A DNA stretch of 59,516 bases from an uncultured Pseudomonadales bacterium (GTDB lineage: Bacteria; Patescibacteriota; Microgenomatia; UBA1400; PJMF01). The translations under genes were made by a program, and so were the position numbers. The stretch spans positions 2,553 through 62,068 of the forward strand of contig CAZYRN010000004.1 in the NCBI GenBank assembly GCA_964650185.1, written 5' to 3'. Positions 27,479 through 35,859 of this stretch are shown one piece after another; position 1 is the first letter of the stretch; each line of letters begins with the position of its first letter. The notes below the pieces were generated by a model. It did not search any database, was not told the DNA's origin, and worked only from the letters and a program-made list of their open reading frames with translations.

Positions 27479-29090
27479 TTCTGACGACCAATCTTTTCGC
27501 TAGTTTATGAACATAGTTCTCCGCGATCTCATAGTTATCAATGTACTTAGTGTCATTTTTGACTGACCACTCCCGAATGACTTTTTGATCAGCTTTGGCT
27601 TCGCCAGTTTGTTCACGGTAGGGCTCATGGAAAATGACATCAAATCGGTCTTGTCTCAGCAGATCTTCTAAAGAAGGATTTTTCTTTTTGTACATCTTAT
27701 GAATTAAGATGGATGGCACTTTGTTTTTCTTGAAGAAGCGGTATGTGCCATTGGTAGCATAAAGTTCATATCCTAACTCAATCATCTTTTTAGCTAAAGG
27801 CAAATACTTCTGCTTATTGTCATCTTCACCAATAGTAAACAAGGCAAAGTACTGTTTTTCTTGAGCTGTTTTCATTTGCAGCGTGTAGATTTCCGTAAAG
27901 CCAGCTGAGCAGTTCTGGTTAAAACCCTCACTCTTCATAAAGGTCGCTAACCGCTCTTTGTAAAGTGAGTTGGGACTCTCGACAGCTACTACTTCAGCAC
28001 AGCCTTTATACAGCCGGAGAGTGGCTTTACCAGTCACTTTCTGATTAACTCTGTCTAAGTAAGCATTGAGATTTTGCAGTAGCGGCTCATACCACAGACC
28101 GCCATAGCATAAATAAGCCCACTTATTATCAATTTCAGCCTTGAACTCATTTTCATAACGAGTTGAGACGTATTTTTCTAAGTTAAAGTGTGCTTGAATA
28201 ATAATTTCTGCTGCAGGCGCTTCATATAAACCGCGCACCTTCAACCCGACTAAGCGATCCTCAATGTGATGAGTCACCCCCACGCCGTGTTTGGCGCCAA
28301 TCTTATTCAGCTTCATAATTAGCTCATGCAGCTGCATGTTTTTACCATTTAAAGCCACTGGCAAGCCTTTGACAAAATCAAGCGTCACCAGCTCTGATTT
28401 ATCAGGTGCTTTTTCCGGCAAGGCACACACCTGTAAAATTTTCTCTAAGGGCGGAATCATTTCCGGATTTTCAATTTCACCGCTCTCACCTGTCACGCCC
28501 CACATATTGTCATCATAAGAATAAGGCGAGTCTTTAGTTTGTTTGACAGGAATGTTGTGTTTCTTCACATACTCCAACTGCTCATCCCGACCCATACTCC
28601 ACTCTCTAACTGGCGCAATGATCTTCATTTCCGGTGCTAAAGTCAGTACAGTGCCTTCAATCCGCACTTGGTCATTCCCCTTGCCGGTACAGCCATGAGC
28701 GATGGTATCAGCCTCATACTTGCGGGCCGTATCAACCGCTAATTTTGCCAACAGCGGCCGGCCGATAGGCGTACTAAGGTGGTATTTTCCCTGATAGCTA
28801 GAATTCGCTTTAATGCCCCAGGCAATATAATGGTAAGCGAACTCTTTTTTAGCATCAATTAAAACCGCTTTATAAGCACCTAAATCCAGTGCTTTTTGCT
28901 TAATTTTTTCTAAATCATCCGCTTGCTGACCAATATCAATTGTTAACGCAATTACCTCTGCTTCATACTCATCCGCAATCCATTTCAGCATCATCGAGGT
29001 ATCAAGGCCACCAGAGTAAAGTAGAACCACTCTTTTGACTTCTCCCTTGCGTCCTTCGTAACTCGACACCTTGATGTACTGTTGCATCAT
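27462..29090 (-). CDS. argG: Argininosuccinate synthase fused to a C-terminal MGS-like (CarB allosteric-type) domain
   Basis: YSGGLDTS, AHGCTGKGNDQVR, DDNMWG and DRLVGLKVRGLYEAP in aa 1-410. aa ~413-532 (FTI...K......KKM.ELGYELYATNGT.....HK....P...D......D.I) match the CarB/MGS pattern. SD GAAAGGAG. Confidence 0.93.
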   Translation of the reverse strand: MMQQYIKVSSYEGRKGEVKRVVLLYSGGLDTSMMLKWIADEYEAEVIALTIDIGQQADDLEKIKQKALDLGAYKAVLIDAKKEFAYHYIAWGIKANSSYQGKYHLSTPIGRPLLAKLAVDTARKYEADTIAHGCTGKGNDQVRIEGTVLTLAPEMKIIAPVREWSMGRDEQLEYVKKHNIPVKQTKDSPYSYDDNMWGVTGESGEIENPEMIPPLEKILQVCALPEKAPDKSELVTLDFVKGLPVALNGKNMQLHELIMKLNKIGAKHGVGVTHHIEDRLVGLKVRGLYEAPAAEIIIQAHFNLEKYVSTRYENEFKAEIDNKWAYLCYGGLWYEPLLQNLNAYLDRVNQKVTGKATLRLYKGCAEVVAVESPNSLYKERLATFMKSEGFNQNCSAGFTEIYTLQMKTAQEKQYFALFTIGEDDNKQKYLPLAKKMIELGYELYATNGTYRFFKKNKVPSILIHKMYKKKNPSLEDLLRQDRFDVIFHEPYREQTGEAKADQKVIREWSVKNDTKYIDNYEIAENYVHKLAKRLVVRNGKRS

Positions 29091-29245
29091 GCTCCTTTCA
29101 GTTTAGTTAATATTGAGTGGTGTTTATGCAAAAGATGCCAATGAAAAAGATGCAAAAAAAATCCCGCCTGGGCGGGAGTGAAACCAAACACCGAATGGGG
29201 TGTTTTCAGTTGTTGCTGGAAAGTAGTTTTCTTAGTGGTAGGCAC
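29087..29245 (-). CDS. Putative 52-aa leader peptide reading through the terminator
   Basis: GTG 29245 is open to TGA 29087-29089, which overlaps the argG ATG (ATGA): VPTTKKTTFQQQLKTPHSVFGFTPAQAGFFLHLFHWHLLHKHHSILTKLKGA. Confidence 0.35.
   Translation of the reverse strand: MPTTKKTTFQQQLKTPHSVFGFTPAQAGFFLHLFHWHLLHKHHSILTKLKGA
29154..29177 (-). terminator. Intrinsic terminator (attenuator) inside the argG-pyr operon leader
   Basis: TCCCGC-CCAG-GCGGGA followed by T8, lying between the promoter and the argG start. Confidence 0.85.
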
Positions 29246-29255
29246 TAAGAATGAC

Positions 29256-29285
29256 AGTATAGTCCTAGCGATAATCCAATTGCAA
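29256..29285 (-). promoter_or_regulatory. Sigma70-type promoter of the argG-pyr operon
   Basis: TTGCAA (29280-29285), 18-nt spacer, TATACT (29256-29261). Confidence 0.7.
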
Positions 29286-29293
29286 CGGGTAAT

Positions 29294-29932
29294 TTAGTGG
29301 GATGACATTTTTTCTTTGACCGCCGCCCAAATAGCTTCCTCAACCTCATCTACATCTTGATCGGCATCAATCACTACCCACCGATTCATCTCGTCAGCAG
29401 CGGCCAGCTCTAAGTAAGCCGCCCGAACTTGGTCATGGAATTTTTTATTTTCCATGTCCAAGCGATTCACATCACCGGCGTCGTTACGGCGATTTAAACC
29501 CTTCGCCACATCCACATCCAGCAGTAAAGTTAAATCAGGATAAGTATTTTTTGTAGAAATATTATTCAACTCTTCAATCATCTCTTTACCAAAACCCCTC
29601 ACCAAACCTTGGTAAACCACACTGCTGTCGCGGGAGCGATCCATCACGACTACTTTGCCAGATTCCAAAGATGGAATAACTAGCTCGCGATAAATCTGGG
29701 CTCGAGCTGCTTGAAATAATAAAACTTCAGTTGTAAAAGCCATGCCAACATTTTTACTAGACAACACCACTTCCCGAATCTGCTCAGAAATCACCGTGCC
29801 ACCCGGCTCGCGCAAAATTAACACATCTTTGCCGACTTTAGTCAGCCGCTCTCTAATGCGAACTGCCTGAGTAGTTTTACCACCGCCCTCGCCGCCTTCT
29901 AAAGTAATTAAAAAACCAGGTTTATTTGACAT
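29294..29932 (-). CDS. tmk: Thymidylate kinase
   Basis: LEGGEGGGKTTQ, REPGGT, LFQAARAQ, MDR...S...YQG, PDLTLLLD. Confidence 0.96.
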   Translation of the reverse strand: MSNKPGFLITLEGGEGGGKTTQAVRIRERLTKVGKDVLILREPGGTVISEQIREVVLSSKNVGMAFTTEVLLFQAARAQIYRELVIPSLESGKVVVMDRSRDSSVVYQGLVRGFGKEMIEELNNISTKNTYPDLTLLLDVDVAKGLNRRNDAGDVNRLDMENKKFHDQVRAAYLELAAADEMNRWVVIDADQDVDEVEEAIWAAVKEKMSSH

Positions 29933-29959
29933 GGAGATATCTTATCAAAAAATAGCATA

Positions 29960-30769
29960 TTATTCTAAGCTGTACTGCTGAGCCATGGCGGGAAGTGGAT
30001 GGTCCCTTCTAAATTGTTCCTGTAACATCTCAAAATTCATGGGATTTCTAAAGTCACCAATTAAATCTTTGTAGGGCCACCAATCTACTCGCTCAAGTCC
30101 AAGTGGGCGCTCCTCACCTAAGATTTGTAGGTTGTTTCTGATGAATCGTAGACACAGATGTGAGTGATCTTTTTGCTTTTGTCGATCATCCTGAGTAAGT
30201 CTTTCACCAGTAAAATAATCTTTGCCATTAAAAAATATAGCTGGATAGTTTCTTCGGTCCTTTTCTTCTACATCAGCAATCACTTGATTAACTGGAGTGT
30301 TAATAGGAACAGCTAAGTATGCTGAAAGTAATAATGTTAAAAATTCTTCCAATTCTTTAATTAAATTCTTTTCATCTAAATTACCTGCTATTTCAAATAG
30401 TCGATCGAGAATATCCGATCTTCTACCCTGACCATTCACACTTCTTCTCACTTGGTCATAATCAATTTCTTCAGTTGGCGAAGGCGTACCCATGGCCACC
30501 CAGCCTCCGTCCGTAAGTTCAATTAGTAAGTTTTCTACTATTAATTGCTCAAGCTCTTGTCGAATCTCTTCCAACTCTCCCAGCAATAAATTGATAGATC
30601 CATCAAGGCTACCTGGAATGATTGATTTCCTTTCGCTTAACCAGATTATGACTGTGTTCCGGAAATTTTCTAAATCCGTAGTTTCAATTAAGAAATCCCG
30701 TCGTTCTCCATAGCCTTGATGAAGTAAAAGATGAGGAAATTTTTCAGAACTTTTGGTCAAAGTAGCCAT
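29960..30769 (-). CDS. Hypothetical protein, possibly MazG-like all-alpha NTP pyrophosphohydrolase
   Basis: LLGELEEI...IELTD (ExxE...ExxD) and VEEKDRRNYP segments. AT-rich; GGAG upstream of ATG 30769. Confidence 0.5.
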   Translation of the reverse strand: MATLTKSSEKFPHLLLHQGYGERRDFLIETTDLENFRNTVIIWLSERKSIIPGSLDGSINLLLGELEEIRQELEQLIVENLLIELTDGGWVAMGTPSPTEEIDYDQVRRSVNGQGRRSDILDRLFEIAGNLDEKNLIKELEEFLTLLLSAYLAVPINTPVNQVIADVEEKDRRNYPAIFFNGKDYFTGERLTQDDRQKQKDHSHLCLRFIRNNLQILGEERPLGLERVDWWPYKDLIGDFRNPMNFEMLQEQFRRDHPLPAMAQQYSLE

Positions 30770-30900
30770 AACAACCACACTCCTATATTAGATAACTAAC
30801 AGAATACCCGTAGCTAATAAATTAGAAAACCACAACAGCTTGTGGTTTAAAAACTATCTAACCACAAAATTATGCACTTTATTCACGCACTTTTCCAGAA

Positions 30901-31437
30901 TTATTCCCGCAAAGCCTGGTATTCCAGCATGATAGTTTGTGATGACAATTGTTTTAGATTGATCAACTTGAGATCAGCGGTAACATCATTATTAAAAAGA
31001 CTGATGCCTTGGCCAAAAACGACTGGCTCAATAGTTAAGTACAGCTTGTCTACCAGGCCTGCCTGCAGAAATAAGGTGTAAATAGTTGCTCCGCCAGAAA
31101 TAGCCACTTGAGTAAATCCAGCTACTGCCAAAATATCAATGACTTCTGTAGGTGATTGCTTAGTAAAATAAGCCTCTCCTGGTTGTAGCTTGATACCTCT
31201 TTTTAGCTCAAGCTGATTCTTACCAATCTCTCTACTGAACACTATATTTACTCTGCCTGACAAAGGTCGCGGCAGGGTGTGAAAAGTATTACTGCCCATC
31301 ACCACCACTCCAGCGGCTTTGCTTTTTTCTGCAAACCAAGCTGCATCTTCCTTGCTTGTCCAACGAGTCGATAAATCGGCGTCATGACGCCCGATCCAGC
31401 CATCAGCGGTTAAAGCTGCAATGATAAAAACTTCCAT
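30901..31437 (-). CDS. Dihydrofolate reductase family protein
   Basis: IIAALTADG.IG, W..KED..WF, VVMGSNTF, RPLSGRVNIV, ISGGATIY, KLYLT. Confidence 0.88.
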   Translation of the reverse strand: MEVFIIAALTADGWIGRHDADLSTRWTSKEDAAWFAEKSKAAGVVVMGSNTFHTLPRPLSGRVNIVFSREIGKNQLELKRGIKLQPGEAYFTKQSPTEVIDILAVAGFTQVAISGGATIYTLFLQAGLVDKLYLTIEPVVFGQGISLFNNDVTADLKLINLKQLSSQTIMLEYQALRE

Positions 31438-31498
31438 CTTTTCCTAATTACCTTTCTTTTTCTTACTTTTCTGGCTTTACTTACATTTAGAATTGTTC

Positions 31499-31533
31499 AT
31501 TGCCTAAAAACCAGATGATTGCCTAAAAACCAG
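31499..31533. repeat. 16-bp direct repeat duplicating the dut stop region
   Basis: ATTGCCTAAAAACCAG at 31499-31514 and 31518-31533. Confidence 0.85.
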
Positions 31534-31951
31534 TTGAACCGATTCCACCTCGACTATCATGACCCAACTTTTTCACCTCTTCAATCTCCACTGCTTCTCT
31601 GGGCAGCACTAACAACTGCACTAAGCGCTCCCCTTTTTTGATGACTGCCGGCTGTTGAGAAAAATTAAATAAAATAGCATGGTACTCATCATCATCACCG
31701 CAAAAATCTTCATCACCCACCCCAATGCCATTAGCCATCAACAAACCTTTTTTGTGCAGTGAGCTACGCGCTGCCATTAACGCCCAGTGATGGGGCGGCA
31801 GCTCTATAGCAATATTTAACGGCACATAACCAATTTCCTGAGGCTGAATAGTAAAATTAATTCGGGCATATAAATCCAGAGCTGCCGCCCGCTCAGTTTT
31901 ATACTCGGGCAATGGCAGACTAGTATCAAAACGCTTCATCTTTAATTTCAT
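31523..31951 (-). CDS. dut: dUTP diphosphatase
   Basis: AAALDL, ARSSL, GVGDEDF, GERLVQL, RGGIGSTG. Confidence 0.93.
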   Translation of the reverse strand: MKLKMKRFDTSLPLPEYKTERAAALDLYARINFTIQPQEIGYVPLNIAIELPPHHWALMAARSSLHKKGLLMANGIGVGDEDFCGDDDEYHAILFNFSQQPAVIKKGERLVQLLVLPREAVEIEEVKKLGHDSRGGIGSTGF

Positions 31952-31993
31952 CTATTCAAGTATAACATTGCTCATTATTGACGGAGCTGGTGC

Positions 31994-32866
31994 TTAGACA
32001 GTTGCTAAACTCAAATAGAAGAAAAGTTGAGCTTTTTCCTCAGGTGTAAGCTCAGCTGAAAAATGATTATCTAATAATTCTTGAAAAGCGCTCACGTTTT
32101 CCTGCCAATACTCTGCGTAATTAACACCGCCAAACATATCTGCTCTGCACAAGAGGAAAATTTTCGCAATTAAATCCAACTTAACTGCTCTAATAAAAGC
32201 TAAAAACTGCTCTTCTGTCTGGACTTGCTCTTTAAAATCTTGAAAAAAGTGATGATACAGAATGACTAACTCCATTGCTTCCCAAAAAGATTCATCAGCT
32301 ATTTTGCCTCTATTTTCGACTTGGTCAATGAGCTGACGAATAATTATTGCTCCTAGTTCAGCATGACTGGGATGAGAGTGTTTTTCCTCTGGAGGAATTA
32401 GTTGATTAATCTCTTTTTGAGTCATGCCCCCGCTAATAGCTTTGCCTGCATCATGATAGATGGCTGTTAGTCTAAGAAAAAATCTTAGCTCCGCCTCAAT
32501 GCCATCAGTTTTCAGCTCTCTCAGCACCTTAATGGTATGTTCGTAGGGAGTCTGACCACTGTGACCTGTTGTCACCCTAATAGCTTTGGAGTTAAGTTTA
32601 GTAAATAATTCTGACTTCGCTAAAATCTCTTCTAAATTTGGCAGTACTTGCTCAATAAACAACTCATCACTTAACTGTCTCGTAGCTGACAAAATTTGTA
32701 TTAACTGCTGAAAAATTTGCACATCTTCTTCCTCACCTGCCCACTCTAACCTGCCATTTTCATTTAAAGTAAAAATTGAGTTAGGATGATCAATCAGACG
32801 CCTTTGTTCTTCAGTGATCTCTGGAGTTCGATAATGTTCAACAGTCCTGCCGTTTAACTTACTCAT
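31994..32866 (-). CDS. HD-domain protein
   Basis: YEHT..V, AIYHDAGK, HAELGA, YHH and AD motifs of the HD superfamily. Confidence 0.75.
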   Translation of the reverse strand: MSKLNGRTVEHYRTPEITEEQRRLIDHPNSIFTLNENGRLEWAGEEEDVQIFQQLIQILSATRQLSDELFIEQVLPNLEEILAKSELFTKLNSKAIRVTTGHSGQTPYEHTIKVLRELKTDGIEAELRFFLRLTAIYHDAGKAISGGMTQKEINQLIPPEEKHSHPSHAELGAIIIRQLIDQVENRGKIADESFWEAMELVILYHHFFQDFKEQVQTEEQFLAFIRAVKLDLIAKIFLLCRADMFGGVNYAEYWQENVSAFQELLDNHFSAELTPEEKAQLFFYLSLATV

Positions 32867-32939
32867 GACCGCAAACTATATCAAACCTTAGTTAAACTGT
32901 CACTTGCCACTCAACCTTACTTCTTGCTACAGTAACCTC

Positions 32940-33878
32940 ATGCTGACCGTCCCCTCTCAACCTAAGACTAAAAAAACTCCCGATACCCAATACCGAGAAA
33001 TTTTACAGCTCATTATGGATCATGGCACCCGAGTGATGGCCCAAGCTGGTGGTGAGAAAAAATCTGACACCGACACCATTAGTTATATCGCTCCTCCACC
33101 TATGCGTTTTGATCTGGAAAACGGTTTTCCTCTCCTAACTGAGCGCAACCTGGCACCGGATTTTAAAAAAGTTCCGACTGTCTGGAAACAGGCCATTGGC
33201 GAGATTATCGGTTTTATTAACGGTGCCCGAACACAGTCTGAGTTAGAAAAATACGGCTGCCACTGGTGGAAATACTGGGTAACTGCTGAAAAATGCCAAA
33301 AACGCGGTTTAGAACCAGGTGATCTAGGGCCAGGCTCATATGGAGCCGCTTTTCATGACTTCCCTACCGCTGAAGGCGATAGTTACAATCAAGTCAAAAA
33401 TATTGTCGAGCAGATCATCGAGTTGCCACATCTTAAAACGCACTTCATCTCTCCTTGGATTCCGCAGTACACCATTCGCGGCACCGGTAAAAAGCAGCAG
33501 GTTGTAGTCTGTCCATGTCATGGCTGGATGCACTTTTTTGTCCGTGACGGCAAATTAAGTTTGCACATGTTCCAGCGATCCGGTGATGTGCCAATTGGCA
33601 TTCCGCAAAATATGGCTCAATATGCGGCTTTAGTGATGATGATGGCTCAAGCTACTGGAAATAAACCTGGCGAGCTGATTCACACCATCTCTGACGCTCA
33701 TATCTATGTTAATCAGCTGCCGGCTGTGGAAGAAATTCTCAAAAGAGAACCGCGGCCATTTCCCACCATGAAGCTCAACACCGACAATACTGATATTTTC
33801 AAATTTAGAGTTGAGGACTTTGAACTGAGTGACTATCATCCTCATCCTGGCATAAAAGGCATTCCGGCCGCAATTTAA
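32940..33878 (+). CDS. thyA: Thymidylate synthase
   Basis: GFPLLTER, CPCH (catalytic Cys), QRSGD, PQN (Asn = dUMP specificity), DAHIY. Promoter TTGCCA-18-TACAGT lies 6 nt before ATG 32940. Confidence 0.95.
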   Translation: MLTVPSQPKTKKTPDTQYREILQLIMDHGTRVMAQAGGEKKSDTDTISYIAPPPMRFDLENGFPLLTERNLAPDFKKVPTVWKQAIGEIIGFINGARTQSELEKYGCHWWKYWVTAEKCQKRGLEPGDLGPGSYGAAFHDFPTAEGDSYNQVKNIVEQIIELPHLKTHFISPWIPQYTIRGTGKKQQVVVCPCHGWMHFFVRDGKLSLHMFQRSGDVPIGIPQNMAQYAALVMMMAQATGNKPGELIHTISDAHIYVNQLPAVEEILKREPRPFPTMKLNTDNTDIFKFRVEDFELSDYHPHPGIKGIPAAI

Positions 33879-33891
33879 TTAGAAAGACCAG

Positions 33892-34368
33892 ATGGCAACA
33901 GATTACTCCAATACCCAGCATGTTGATTTAGCAAACGCTCGTGAAGATGAGCAGCGGCAAGTCATGAAAAAGATCATTGAAGCTAATGAATGCCCTTTCT
34001 GCCTGGAAAATCTCCAAAAATACCACACTCCGCCCATTTTATTTGAAACAGCTCACTGGCTGCTAACCTCTAACCGCTGGCCTTACAAACATACTCAATA
34101 CCACTTGCTGGCCATCTTAAAATCACATAAAGAAATGTTAGCTGAGCTTACAACTGCAGAAGGTGCGGAACTCGTCGAGATCCTACATTTTGCGCAAGAA
34201 CACACTCAAGCTCTTGGCGGAGGTGTCGCGATGCGTTTTGGCGACACCAGTTATTCGGCTGGCACCATCAAGCATCTTCATGTGCAGTTTATTGTGCCTG
34301 ACATTGACCAGCCAGATTTTGAACCAGTTAGAATTAAAATCGGCAAAGATAGAGAAAAAAGAAATTAA
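33892..34368 (+). CDS. HIT-superfamily protein, HxHxQ type
   Basis: CPFC, N.WPY, H, and G.TIKHLHVQ motifs. Confidence 0.85.
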   Translation: MATDYSNTQHVDLANAREDEQRQVMKKIIEANECPFCLENLQKYHTPPILFETAHWLLTSNRWPYKHTQYHLLAILKSHKEMLAELTTAEGAELVEILHFAQEHTQALGGGVAMRFGDTSYSAGTIKHLHVQFIVPDIDQPDFEPVRIKIGKDREKRN

Positions 34369-34409
34369 TTTTCTTCTGCACTCAGATTATTCCACCACTC
34401 TAACTTTAT

Positions 34410-35279
34410 TTATTCCGCCACTCGAATAATCTCAATTCCGCTGGCTCGCAACAAACCTTCGCCATCCAAAACCGAGTAGCCATCTTTATAAAAAAGCCGT
34501 TTGATTCCGCTATAGGCAATTATTCTGGCACAATATGGACACGGAAAAGTTGTCACATACAGATCTGCACCACGCAATGAAATGCCTTGTGCGGCAGCAT
34601 GAGCGATAACTGCTCCTTCAGCATGCAGAGAGGTCGACATCTCGATATCTGCTCCTCGAGAATAATTAGCTCGCGGGTCACCTAAAAAGTACTGTTGCTG
34701 ATCTGAGGGGGCATGACGGTTGCCAGCCGAAACCAGCAGTTGGCCATCCTTAGCAATGGCTGCGCCTGTCTGCCGCCACCAGTCTGCACTGCGTTGAGAA
34801 GCCGCTACGGCCGAGCCCATAAATTGCTGATGAAGTTCATCTCGAGTCACTTCTCCGTCTGGATTTATATCCTGCTGCTGTTTGGTTTTAGCTAAACTCC
34901 AGCGCAAAAAAATGGAGTCATGTGTAATTTTGGGAGCTGTAGTCACTTTTGCAACCAAATTTTTTTCTAGCCAGTCACTAATCTCGTCTTCCGCCATGAT
35001 AAGTTCTTGATAGTCAGCCAGTTGCGCTAGATCTGCTTCTGCCTGCAGGTGAATCAAAACTCGGTCCGGAAATAAACTCTTTAGTTGCTGCAAAATCAGC
35101 TCTGTTGAGAGTGCTCTGATATCTTTCAAGATCGATTTAAACTCACCTTCTAAAAATTTTTTATCCACCACCGCTAACTCTGCCTCAGGATATTTAGTCA
35201 ATAAATTTAAATAACCCTGGTGAAGCACCGGAATATAAAGGACGATAGCCTGGTTATGAGTGGTGGGATTCGTGGCCAT
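34410..35279 (-). CDS. dCMP deaminase with an N-terminal nucleotidyltransferase-like domain
   Basis: C-terminal S.DWWRQTGA, GN, HAE...PCPYC. The ~140-aa N-terminal extension starts YIPVLHQGY. Confidence 0.85.
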   Translation of the reverse strand: MATNPTTHNQAIVLYIPVLHQGYLNLLTKYPEAELAVVDKKFLEGEFKSILKDIRALSTELILQQLKSLFPDRVLIHLQAEADLAQLADYQELIMAEDEISDWLEKNLVAKVTTAPKITHDSIFLRWSLAKTKQQQDINPDGEVTRDELHQQFMGSAVAASQRSADWWRQTGAAIAKDGQLLVSAGNRHAPSDQQQYFLGDPRANYSRGADIEMSTSLHAEGAVIAHAAAQGISLRGADLYVTTFPCPYCARIIAYSGIKRLFYKDGYSVLDGEGLLRASGIEIIRVAE

Positions 35280-35838
35280 TTTGCAGCTCCTCGATAATTT
35301 CTTCCATGGTATTAATTAGTCTTTGACTGAGAGTTTTGGTTAGTTTTTGGGCTGCACCAATCTGCACTCGGCGAATCTTCGCGCTGGTGGAAGTAGTTGC
35401 TAATGGTTTTAAGACCAATACTTCACCGCAGATAGTCTCTAAATATTTAATTTTGTCAGGAGTATAGGTTTGGTCAGTAGCGACTAGCACATCAGGCTTA
35501 ATCAGTTTAATTAAGTTGTACTTCTCATCATCTTTTTTCTTCAGCACTACATAGTCAACTGAGTTGAGATAAGTCAGCATCTCCATCCGCTCATTTTCTG
35601 GTACTACTGGCCGATCAGGACCTTTGCGAATTTTAACCTTCTCATCACTATCCACTCCCACGATTAGGACATCGCCTTGCTGCTTGGCTTCATGACAATA
35701 ACGGCCGTGGCCAATATGCACCATGTCAAAAGTGCCTTGGGTTAAAACAATTTTTTTGCCCTCTTGGCGCAATTTTTCTACGATGGGCACAATGTCAGCT
35801 GTTTCTAAAATTATTTTATGCTGAGTACTAGGCGACAT
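35254..35838 (-). CDS. Cytidylyl/adenylyltransferase family protein (RfaE-II/TagD-like)
   Basis: GTFDMVHIGH, LIVGVDSD, KG..RP, ER.EML, STS.KI. Confidence 0.9.
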   Translation of the reverse strand: MSPSTQHKIILETADIVPIVEKLRQEGKKIVLTQGTFDMVHIGHGRYCHEAKQQGDVLIVGVDSDEKVKIRKGPDRPVVPENERMEMLTYLNSVDYVVLKKKDDEKYNLIKLIKPDVLVATDQTYTPDKIKYLETICGEVLVLKPLATTSTSAKIRRVQIGAAQKLTKTLSQRLINTMEEIIEELQNGHESHHS

Positions 35839-35859
35839 ATTAAATAGTTCTTTCTAAAT

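Noticed and set aside
29125-29155. TGCAT-containing repeats upstream of argG as ArgR ARG boxes
   Set aside because: Half-site spacing does not fit TGAAT-N4-ATTCA; they are GCATCTTTT direct repeats only.
29206-29228. TTTCCAG as a PyrR-binding loop or a T-box
   Set aside because: Lacks the ARUCCNGNGAGGYU consensus and the T-box GGUGGNACCGCG; no antiterminator can be drawn.
32940-33878. thyA as a phage-type dCMP hydroxymethylase in a DNA-modification cluster
   Set aside because: It keeps the dUMP-specifying Asn (PQN) and has DHFR and dut neighbours; no phage or glycosyltransferase genes are nearby.
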